DNA of 64,000 nucleotides, taken from positions 10,753,135-10,817,134 of the forward strand of contig OZ316899.1 of NCBI GenBank assembly GCA_973895155.1. Direction: 5' to 3'. The translations under genes were made by a program, and so were the position numbers. Each line of letters opens with the position of its first letter. Positions within the stretch are counted from its first letter, which is position 1. Positions 1-8,702 of the stretch are shown here, piece after piece. The notes beneath the pieces were generated by a model. The model saw only the letters and a program-made list of their open reading frames with translations. It was not told the DNA's origin and ran no database searches. This stretch comes from Marsupella aquatica (Eukaryota > Plantae > Marchantiophyta).

Positions 1-21
1 CATCCAATTACCTGTTTACAG

Positions 22-466
22 ATTATCAAGGGCTTACTCGGGGATTTCGATATGGTCATATATTTTGCTCATCAATAACAGCTCGGTTGGTTAATTTAAG
101 GATTGGTGTTTCATGGGAGAAGCTTATGATAATTCCTCTCCATGAGAAAGTGAAGATTGTTGGAGTGGATGTTACTTTCATTGATGCAAATCACTGCCCT
201 GGCTCGGTCATGACTTTGTTTGAACCTGCAAATGGTGAGGTAATCTACACAACCACATATGATGTTCATTTCCCCTTCACTGTTCCATCCTTCAGGTATT
301 TGTGCCGGTTGGCTGCAGCTAATATTCAATTATTGTGCCTTTGCCTCTGTAGGCTGTTTTACACACGGGCGACTTCCGGTTCTGTACTGAAATGGCTAAT
401 AACTCTCTGCTTCAAACAACCAAACTTCACACGCTTGTTTTGGACACTACATTTTGTGATCCGTAG
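22..466 (+). pseudogene. Two exons (22-239, 353-466) of an SNM1/PSO2-family DNA cross-link repair metallo-beta-lactamase nuclease, probably disabled
   Basis: Spliced translation (H)YQGLTRGF..IFCSSITARLV...FIDANHCPGSVM..|AVLHTGDFRF...LVLDTTFCDP*, with AG/GT boundaries at 21/240 and 352/467. TAG at 464-466 falls where homologues typically have Gln. No further exons are recognisable before the LTR at 1014. Confidence 0.75.
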
Positions 467-1089
467 GTCTGTTCATCTTTTTTGGTAGTTCGATTCCTTT
501 GGACCTTATGTACCCAGTTGGAACCTCTCACGCTCACTTCGAAAGCCAAGTAACCTTGTGTGGAAATGTACCTGTAGTTCTTTTATTTGATTATACCCAG
601 TCAGATGAGCATTTCACCATAATTATCTCTTCTTTGTCAAGATTTCATTTGAACCTTACTTGTTCCTAGGGAAATTGATATCTGACCACAAGTGGATCTG
701 ATGTTTTTAGATCGTAGCAGTTGACCCCAAGGGTTTGTCCTTAACGCAGTTACCAGGCAGATGCTCTTGTGTTGGTCTGATTCAGAGTTGAGAATGCAGC
801 AGGTCAAAACTGGTGCAAATTTATGGATCAAAGGATACCAGGTTTGGAGTCGAGGCAATTCGAGGGCTCTTACACTCCAAGGTGTTGAGGAATTACCGGA
901 TGCTGAGAAGGTTACCATGGGCCCAAAGGTGTAGAAGACAGCTGCTTAATGTAATTATTGTCCACCCCTCATAAAATTATGTCTTGGTGTGTCGTAGGTG
1001 CGTGACATCCTTGTGTGATGCCTAGACAAGAATCACTCGGCCGGTTAAGTGGGTAAAGCAGGAAGGCACCCTAGGAACACCTTAGTATA

Positions 1090-4000
1090 GTGACAAAACA
1101 AGGAAAATATAAACAATTAGGGGCAACCATGGAACCCGGGCAGAGGCCGGAGGTAAGGCTGAGGGTGAAAACCCGATTAGGGTTAGGGCGCGTTAAGCGT
1201 CGGCGGCTAGGAAGGATCAACGGGAAGAAGGACCGGCAGAGGAGAGGGGTAAGGAGCGCTTGCAGGAGATGGTGGCTCATTTGCGAGCACGAACTAGGCA
1301 GACGACTACGGGAGGCCAACTACTGTCAGCTGCTTAGGCAAGCACTCGGGGAGAGAGTAGATACCGACGATCAACCTAAGGAGGGTATGAGCAACGTCAA
1401 TCAAGCGGCACATTTCTGGGGATGCCTGTTCGAACGGGCAACTGAGTACATCAAGACTTACGAGGACGAGGAGTCAGAAAGGGCAGCTCGAGAACGGCAG
1501 GAGCTCGCTCGATTGTGGGAGCTGCAGAAGACGGCTTTCTTAGGAGGCGAACTCATCAAGGACGAGTTCCTGTGGACGCCTACTTCCAATCAACTCGGCG
1601 ATCTTCTGTTTTGCAAGGACAGCGTCGTCGGCATCCGAGAGGCCATCAAGAACTGCAACGACATACACTGGGAATTAAAGGGTAGCACGGAAAGGTGGAC
1701 CCAGGCAACGGTGCTAGGAGAAACCTCCACGGCAGCAGAGATGAAGAGGAAGGGAGCCGTCAACGATGAAGCCACCCCGGCAAAAAGAACGAGGTCGGCG
1801 GCACCAAAGAAGCCAGCCGAGCAGCAGAGCAGGAGGCAGGGAGAAGCCGAAGAGGAGGAGGTCGATCCCATCAAGGCCATTCCAACCAGGGATGACACCT
1901 GGAAGGGCTGGGCGGCAACCCTACCGGTGGAGGTGCAACTACATTTTGCACGGGAGGAGGATGCATGCTTTACGGCCATGCAGACCAAGAAGTACCAAGG
2001 CTTCATGGCCGGATCCGGCTTGGAGGCCTTTGTAAGATTACCATGGCTGAAGCCGGAGGTACCGGAGTCAGACCTATTAGAATTCGTGGGGTCATGGGAA
2101 CCCGAGACCAATTGCACGAGGATATATGGGAAGGATTTCTATCTTACTCCCAAGGTGATTGCCGAAGTGTTTGGCTTGCCGATGGGCAATAAGACCAAAG
2201 TTGATACCAGGAAGACCTTGCCTGACAAGGAGTTCCGGTCGTTCCCCGGGCCATCAACGAAGAATGGCTTCTTCCGGAACACCTGCACCAACCCGCACAT
2301 AGGAGAGATGATCGACTTCTTGCGGGTGACCATGCATTGTAACTTGCCGAGGGCAGAGATCGGCAAGGCACAGGTCTATCTGGCAGAAAGGCCAGACCCA
2401 AGCCGGGACTACATTGGGTACCTCCTCAACCAATTGAAGAAGATCTTAAAGGAGGAGCAGCAGGTAATCGGCATGGGGAGCGTGTCGCGGCTTGGCTATC
2501 ACATGCCGCTGTTGTGCCGGTATGCCAGAGGTCAGACTTTTGCCCCGGTACTTCCCCTGCAGGTAAGGGCACCCGAGGAAGCTCCAACGCCGAGGCCGTT
2601 GGCTGAGAAGCCTCAACCACCTGTTAGTCCTACGATCGAGCAGGTGTTTAGGCCCAGGAAGGAAGACTTGCCGATGCAGCAACCAGGCATGCAGAGTCTG
2701 CTGAAACTACTGGAGAAAGAAAAGAAATCGGCATCGGCAACAACAACGGCAACGGCAACAATGCAGGACACTACTACAGAGGTAGGCCGACACCGGCTCA
2801 CAAGAGAAAACCCCTTTGCTGGAGACAAGGAGAGAATCAGGCCGGAATCCAAGCCAGGTGTTCGAATGTACGTGGGAACCTCAAGCTCCGAATCTGAGGC
2901 AGAATTGCCTGAAGCTCCTACCGAGGAAGAGGAGAGGGAGAAGCCGGAAATCCAAGAGGTAGAGGAGGCAGTGGAGGACTGCAGCCATGATAATTCCGGC
3001 TATGGGTCGGACCATCACGTTCCAGGAGTAAGGACCTGTGGCCAGTTTGTCCCCACACTTCCAAGGGTAGTGCGAGGGGACCCCAACCAGCAGAGTAGCC
3101 CTGAGTCTCCCCCACCAGATGTTGCTCCCCCGAGCTTCGACGGCATAAAACAGACGGTGCAGGAATTTCAGGAGCGAATCAAGCAGGAGGAAGAGGCCGC
3201 CCTGGCTAAGGAAAAGGATTTACCAGGAGGAGATTGGCCGGAGGACATCAGGCGGCTAGCCGAAAAAGGAAGCAAACCTCTAGCCACGATTGAAGAGATC
3301 CGCAGGACGGCTTGGGAGCAGAGGCCACGATGGGCGATGCCGATCACTTCTACTTACTCCACCTACGCTAAGAATAGAGCCATGGAGTATGGTGAGATGT
3401 GTGGGGAACTTGCGCTCGGCATCTTTGGAGAGGAGTTGGAGGTAGGACCCTTTTTCCATAGGGAGCAGTTGGAGAAGCACCAATTAGAAGAAGCGGTGGC
3501 TTTAGAGAGAAGCAAGAAGGACGAGGTCATTCGGCGGCTTAGGAGGATGGGAGCCGAGATTGAAGATCTAAGGGCGGCCAAGAAAGCCCAAGATGAACTG
3601 CGGATTAAACGACATGAGCTGAACATCATGCAGGGGCAGTTGGACGCCGCGCAGGCTGATAATCAGAATATCAAGGATAAACTGACTCAGACGCAGGAAG
3701 AGTTGGCCGACACGATCAAAGAGAGGGAGAAGTGGAAGCAAGAGCTGAAGAATACAGAGGAGGCCCACATAACAGCCAACAGCCGGGCCATGGCGGAGAC
3801 CCAAAGAAAGGAATGGGCGTTGAAAGGGGAGCTCGAGAAAATCCGCGGAGCCCTTGAGCAGAAAGAGGTCGAGTTAGGGAAATCCTATCAAGGGATTATG
3901 GCGCTGCAGCAGGAGCTTGCGTCCCTGACGGCCAGCTTCAAGGCCGACCTAAGGGAGAAGGACGAGATGCTCGAACAGACTTACGCCAAGATGAACCAGA

Positions 4001-4728
4001 TGGAGTCTGTCATCATTGCAGAGCTCGACAAGGAGCTAAGAGCAACCCAGGAGGAGAAGGCTACCTTGAAGAAGGAATTGGAGGAAGCCCACAGGGAGCA
4101 GGAGGAGGCCAAAAACGAGCTGGAGGGGGCACGTAAGGACCTGGATGAAACCCAAGAGGAGTTGGAGGAAATCACGAGGAAGATGGAGAACCTACAGCGG
4201 CGGGCCGACAACCAAACAGAGCGGCTGAAGAAACAAGCCACAGTATTTAAATGCTTAGTTGCAGCAGGTCCATCTCCTGTTGGGACAAACCAGTTACCAG
4301 GGGTGGTAATTGCCGAAGGACAAGCCGCGCCACCTGCACCAGTGCCGGAATTAAGTGGGAAGGGGAAGGGACCAGCTGCCGAGCCACCAACGAAGAAGAA
4401 GCGGAAACCTTCAGGGTCAAGGAGTAATACGACTTCACAGGCCGTGGTGATCAAGGAGGTAGACCCAGCACCGACCCCAGACAGGGTCACGGCTAAGGAT
4501 CCAACTACCCTAGGGGAAGGGGAAGCCGAAGCCGAGGGAGTGGCTGAGGCCGAAGCCGTGGGTATTGCCGAGGCCGGTGTCGAGGCTGAAGCCGAAGGTG
4601 GACCCAGTCAGGCCGAGGGAGAGTTGACTCAGTCAAGGGCAGGTAATCTGTCAGTAGGCGGGCCAACGGCAGTGGCTGAGGAGGAAGTGTTGGGGGCGTC
4701 CATTGAGGATCCACCACCGGTGTCGTGA
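1090..4728 (+). CDS. LTR-encoded protein: plant-transposon/PMD-like domain + Pro/acidic linker + long coiled coil + basic NLS-like patch. Track start is GTG; real start is ATG 1129 or ATG 1387 (1113 aa).
   Basis: 3.6-kb open frame wholly inside the LTR. Motif GLEAFVRLPW...DLLEFVGSW...RIYGKDFYLTPKVIAEVFGLP; heptad-rich E/K/Q region at about 3480-4240; PPTKKKRK. The protein is conserved with synonymous changes in the diverged solo LTRs. Confidence 0.9.
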   Translation: MTKQGKYKQLGATMEPGQRPEVRLRVKTRLGLGRVKRRRLGRINGKKDRQRRGVRSACRRWWLICEHELGRRLREANYCQLLRQALGERVDTDDQPKEGMSNVNQAAHFWGCLFERATEYIKTYEDEESERAARERQELARLWELQKTAFLGGELIKDEFLWTPTSNQLGDLLFCKDSVVGIREAIKNCNDIHWELKGSTERWTQATVLGETSTAAEMKRKGAVNDEATPAKRTRSAAPKKPAEQQSRRQGEAEEEEVDPIKAIPTRDDTWKGWAATLPVEVQLHFAREEDACFTAMQTKKYQGFMAGSGLEAFVRLPWLKPEVPESDLLEFVGSWEPETNCTRIYGKDFYLTPKVIAEVFGLPMGNKTKVDTRKTLPDKEFRSFPGPSTKNGFFRNTCTNPHIGEMIDFLRVTMHCNLPRAEIGKAQVYLAERPDPSRDYIGYLLNQLKKILKEEQQVIGMGSVSRLGYHMPLLCRYARGQTFAPVLPLQVRAPEEAPTPRPLAEKPQPPVSPTIEQVFRPRKEDLPMQQPGMQSLLKLLEKEKKSASATTTATATMQDTTTEVGRHRLTRENPFAGDKERIRPESKPGVRMYVGTSSSESEAELPEAPTEEEEREKPEIQEVEEAVEDCSHDNSGYGSDHHVPGVRTCGQFVPTLPRVVRGDPNQQSSPESPPPDVAPPSFDGIKQTVQEFQERIKQEEEAALAKEKDLPGGDWPEDIRRLAEKGSKPLATIEEIRRTAWEQRPRWAMPITSTYSTYAKNRAMEYGEMCGELALGIFGEELEVGPFFHREQLEKHQLEEAVALERSKKDEVIRRLRRMGAEIEDLRAAKKAQDELRIKRHELNIMQGQLDAAQADNQNIKDKLTQTQEELADTIKEREKWKQELKNTEEAHITANSRAMAETQRKEWALKGELEKIRGALEQKEVELGKSYQGIMALQQELASLTASFKADLREKDEMLEQTYAKMNQMESVIIAELDKELRATQEEKATLKKELEEAHREQEEAKNELEGARKDLDETQEELEEITRKMENLQRRADNQTERLKKQATVFKCLVAAGPSPVGTNQLPGVVIAEGQAAPPAPVPELSGKGKGPAAEPPTKKKRKPSGSRSNTTSQAVVIKEVDPAPTPDRVTAKDPTTLGEGEAEAEGVAEAEAVGIAEAGVEAEAEGGPSQAEGELTQSRAGNLSVGGPTAVAEEEVLGASIEDPPPVS
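1108..1188 (+). promoter_or_regulatory. Candidate TATA box (1108-1113) and telomere/telo-box-like TTAGGGTTAGGG (1177-1188) at the LTR 5' end
   Basis: AAATATAAA and GATTAGGGTTAGGG are retained in all five LTR copies. Function is inferred only. Confidence 0.4.
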
Positions 4729-5643
4729 CGGTGCAAGGGCGCCGTTCCTTTTAGGGAGGGCGGACGTGGAGGGAGGAGGCGTGAGTGGGCAGGGCGGGCG
4801 CGGATCTCCACGTTTAGGATTAGGATCAGAACCAGGAGCGGCCCTGACACTTAGCTTAGTGGGATTGCGGTCCCACTGGTAGGAGCAACACTTGTGCTCC
4901 TGCCTTGCTGTACATAGGTAGATTCGGGCAAGTAGATTACTGTTAAGTAGATTAGGCTTACGATGCAAAGAATGGCGGATCCACTACCAGGATAAGTACC
5001 TGGGCAGCGGGGAGCTCAGGGCCTCTTCTTTAGCAAGTTTTTAGTTTGCACCAGCCGGGCTGGGATCAAGTAGTACGAGAAGCTCTCGGTTAGTCATACA
5101 GTGACCCTTGTGTATATTCATGTTTCCTCATGCCTAAGAGCTGAATAGAGTTGGCCTCACGGCTTAGTTCGCAGAACTTGTGTATGAGATGTACTGTTTG
5201 TATGGCAAGTGCATGGTATGACTCAGTCAGAATGAGTCATTTTGCTATTTGTGTGTCGCATTAACTTGTGTGAAGAGTGCCCACATCAACAGAAGGAAGG
5301 AAAGTAAGCAGGGGAGTGAGAGTTGGATGTGTCGAGCTGAGAGAGGTCTTAGCGGCTTAACCAAGCCTATTGGGGATCATTCCGGCGGCGGAATCCAAAC
5401 ATACCTAACAAGACGGAGGGGAAGACAGGGGAAGGCCTATATTAGGCCGGCTACGTATCTCATGACCCGATGAAGGATCTGTCCAGTATATGTGTGTAAA
5501 ATGTTAATAGTAGTAGTAGAAGGTTAGCAGCGTCCCATGCCGCTAAGCCGCGGAAACGGCCTCGCCAAGCACGAAACCTGCGGGAATCGGCTTGAGCTGG
5601 GGGGTTTCTTGGGTTTAGGGAGCCATGGGACGCACCACATTTT

Positions 5644-5660
5644 TGGCGCTAGATGGAGGG
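5644..5660 (+). promoter_or_regulatory. Primer-binding site TGGCGCTAGATGGAGGG
   Basis: TGG-initiated sequence 4 nt after the LTR terminal CA and 65 nt before the gag ATG. The priming tRNA was not identified. Confidence 0.75.
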
Positions 5661-5708
5661 GGCATTTCTTAAGCCGTGAGATATGAAGTTAGAACGGAAG
5701 CGTAGGTA

Positions 5709-8702
5709 ATGACTGACCTTACGCCGAGGGAAGAAAGAGTGATTCAACGGGAGAGAGCTCGACTGCAGCAGCTCGCCGGGTGGCATGATACACAGCGACT
5801 GAGAGGGGCAGAAAGAGCTGGTAGCTCCGAAACTGGAAGTGGCGTTGAAGAAGACATACCAGAAGAAGAGTCGGTAAGGAGAAGTGAGTCTCCAACCGAC
5901 ATGGGGGAACCAGAGGCACGGCCAGACGAGAGGCCAGGGACCAGATTGAGCCAGCGGTCGCGCATACATTACAAGGCATTTCATGGGAGAGGAGATGAGG
6001 ATCCGGACGAATGGTTGGATGATTTCGAGGGAACCGCTGCAGCAAATGGAGAATCGGCCATCAAGATGCAGATTCTTCCCGGCCTGTTCAAGGGTGAGGC
6101 TAGGCCTTGGTACAGAGCATTAGATGTGGAAGATCAAGCCATCTGGGATATCTTCAAAACACTCTTTGTTAAGGAGTTTCGACCCATTGGAACTTCAGAA
6201 CTAGCAGTGCTGAAGTTGGGACAACTTCGGTTCAAGGAGAACAAATCCTTCAGGAAGTTCTTGCAACGCTTTCAGAAACTGGTAAGACGTACAAAGACCA
6301 ATGCATCTGAAGGTATGCAACTTCAATGGTTGGTGAATGCTTTGCCACAGAAGATGAGTTTTGCAATTAGGAAGGAGAACCCGGAGACTTTAGCCGAAGC
6401 AATTAAGGATATTCAATTATACATTAATGCAGATATCACAAGCCGGAAGAAACAGCTTAAGTCTGAGAGTTCCTCATCAGAGGAGGGATCACCCCATAAG
6501 AAAAAAGATAAGAAGAAGAAACATTCCAAGAAGTCTAGAAGTGATAAGTCAAGCTCGAATAGTGGGAGTAGCAAGAGTGAGTCATCTTCTAGTTCTGAAG
6601 AAGAAAAAACTAGGAAAAGGAAGGGCAGAAGGAGAGGGAAGACGAAAGTCAAGATGGAGGCTAAGCCACCAGATAACATCGTAGCCCTTACCGAGCAACT
6701 TAAGGCTATCATTGCAGAGGTAAAACCAAAGAAGAAGGTAGTACAGGAGGATAGCTCTGTATGGTGTGCCTTATGTTATAAAACCGGACACCATAAAGAT
6801 GCTTGTCCTAAGCTTAATACTAATCATGTTCGGCATGTGGCCGAGATCAGACCATGTCAGGGAGAAGTAGAGTACTTTTTGGGAGATGCCGCTGATAGTG
6901 TTTTCGGCATCAGTGAGACTGGAGCACGAGACCTATCCAACAGACCTGCATCTCTGTGGTCAGGGTTAAGGAACAATCCAGGAGAGATGTATCCTCGGAT
7001 TATTCAGAACCCGTCAGTACCTCCTAGGCCGAATGTGCAAAGATTTGCGGCGTGCTATAATTGTGGTCAACCTGGCCATTTTGCTAGAGAATGCCCGAAT
7101 GCACGCAAACAGGGTGATGGACAACCAGCTCAGCTATGTATGGGATGCCGACAGGAAGGTCATATGCTAGGGCAATGTCCTACTTGGTTGGCAGGCCTGG
7201 CCGCAAATCATAAGCTTTTGCCGATCAAGATCTTACCGCCAGGTACTACCCCCGGAGGAGTTCAAATCAACCACATCGAACTAGGATGGCAAGAGGATGC
7301 CGAGGCAGAGTTCGTACCATCTGATGATGAGGCCGAAGCCCTATCAACCTTCTCAGAGGAGGATTTAGATCATAATTGCTACCGGGTCTCTACTCGATCT
7401 ACCAGAAGGAAGGAAAGGTGGGATGGGCTGGCCAAAAATAAAGGGAAGGTTACGGAGGAAAGGATCGACTCTTCGTCAACATCAACAGAAGGAGAAGGGA
7501 GGGCTCCGGCAATACAGGTAAGCCATGAGCCCACCAGTGAAACCAATCCTTCACAAGATAGCGACTTCAATCGAGATCATCCTAAGTTGTTCTACCCCTC
7601 TGTTACGGCTAGTGTTAAGGAACAACTAAGAGAATTAGAAACCCTGGAGAATACCGAAGCCATTGCCAAGGATGTAAAACGAGCAAAAGCATTGTTTGCT
7701 TCGGAAGACCCAACAGCTGTGGAGACTAGCGTGGCAAAACTGGCCGAATCCAAGACGGAAACACCACTAGAAGAGAAGCCGATTGTTCCCTATGACCTGG
7801 CTAAAGATGTACTAGAATCTAGAGTCTCGGCAACAGTAGGTCAACTATTGAAAAATAGCCCGTACTTCCGGAAGCAATTAAGGAAGGCTATTCTCGGCAA
7901 GCCGAGATTACCCAAGGTAGCAACCAGATCCGACGTACTAATGATAGAAGAAGATCAAGGAGCCCCAGCATTACCATTAATGATTCAAGGAGAATTATTA
8001 CTACGGGTACCCATCGATGGAGGATCAGGGGTATGTATTATGATTGATTCAACAGCAAAAGGGTGGGGTCTAACACCGGAGATGACTGGAAGAGTGTTGA
8101 ACATGGCCAATGGATATCAGGTCATTCCTACGGGAGTGTTAACCGGCATCAAGACAGAGATAGGAGGTATCTTCTTTAGCATTAACTATGTAGTAATGAA
8201 GCCGGTAAATCCTACGTCATTCCGGCTATTGATTGGTAGGCCATGGCTGTACCTAGCCGAGGTAATAGAAGATTGGGGTAAAAAGCAGTTCACTTTCGGG
8301 ACCCCCTCTATCACGGTATCCTGGGACACTAAGGATGACCGTAGGAAAAGCATAAGGGAAGTAGATGGGTACGATAGTGGACTGGAGTCAGCCGATGAAG
8401 TACGTTGGTTAGAATGCTTCACTAACCTAACCGAAGAAGGTGTCTTTGGACCAGAGGTACCCCCCAGCGGATTATGGCAAGAACCAATGGAAGGTGACTT
8501 GGAAGAAGAAGACGAAGAGGTCGAGGACTGCTTTACAATAGAATCCACCTTTTTAGCTGCAATTCCGGAGGAAGTTAAGGATGTAGACCAATTGGATGAA
8601 ACGGCTAAGTGGGGAGCAGTAGCAGGGACAGTGGATTTTCTGCAGGCGTTGTGGCAGAGCCGGCAGGGTCCACAACGCCATCGATCATCGGCAAGGAATT
8701 AA
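5709..8702 (+). CDS. gag: Gag-protease polyprotein
   Basis: Retrotransposon gag core (FHGRGDEDPDEWLDDFE...), a Ser/Lys-rich tract, three CX2CX4HX4C knuckles (CALCYKTGHHKDAC, CYNCGQPGHFAREC, CMGCRQEGHMLGQC), and aspartic protease VPIDGGSG...LLIGRPWL. Confidence 0.93.
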   Translation: MTDLTPREERVIQRERARLQQLAGWHDTQRLRGAERAGSSETGSGVEEDIPEEESVRRSESPTDMGEPEARPDERPGTRLSQRSRIHYKAFHGRGDEDPDEWLDDFEGTAAANGESAIKMQILPGLFKGEARPWYRALDVEDQAIWDIFKTLFVKEFRPIGTSELAVLKLGQLRFKENKSFRKFLQRFQKLVRRTKTNASEGMQLQWLVNALPQKMSFAIRKENPETLAEAIKDIQLYINADITSRKKQLKSESSSSEEGSPHKKKDKKKKHSKKSRSDKSSSNSGSSKSESSSSSEEEKTRKRKGRRRGKTKVKMEAKPPDNIVALTEQLKAIIAEVKPKKKVVQEDSSVWCALCYKTGHHKDACPKLNTNHVRHVAEIRPCQGEVEYFLGDAADSVFGISETGARDLSNRPASLWSGLRNNPGEMYPRIIQNPSVPPRPNVQRFAACYNCGQPGHFARECPNARKQGDGQPAQLCMGCRQEGHMLGQCPTWLAGLAANHKLLPIKILPPGTTPGGVQINHIELGWQEDAEAEFVPSDDEAEALSTFSEEDLDHNCYRVSTRSTRRKERWDGLAKNKGKVTEERIDSSSTSTEGEGRAPAIQVSHEPTSETNPSQDSDFNRDHPKLFYPSVTASVKEQLRELETLENTEAIAKDVKRAKALFASEDPTAVETSVAKLAESKTETPLEEKPIVPYDLAKDVLESRVSATVGQLLKNSPYFRKQLRKAILGKPRLPKVATRSDVLMIEEDQGAPALPLMIQGELLLRVPIDGGSGVCIMIDSTAKGWGLTPEMTGRVLNMANGYQVIPTGVLTGIKTEIGGIFFSINYVVMKPVNPTSFRLLIGRPWLYLAEVIEDWGKKQFTFGTPSITVSWDTKDDRRKSIREVDGYDSGLESADEVRWLECFTNLTEEGVFGPEVPPSGLWQEPMEGDLEEEDEEVEDCFTIESTFLAAIPEEVKDVDQLDETAKWGAVAGTVDFLQALWQSRQGPQRHRSSARN

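Larger units (their letters stand above)
1014..5639 (+). repeat. 5' LTR of family A (4626 bp)
   Basis: Starts TGTGATGCC and ends GCACCACA (7/8 inverted match). The same ends delimit the TSD-flanked solo copies at 26876-31573 and 49647-54315. It is followed by the PBS and not preceded by a PPT. Confidence 0.95.

Noticed and set aside
1090-4728. Env-like gene
   Set aside because: No signal peptide, transmembrane helix or fusion-protein features; strongly hydrophilic with NLS-like patches.
1590-4968. Many short antisense and overlapping ORFs
   Set aside because: Shadows of the purine-rich long ORF, with no motifs.
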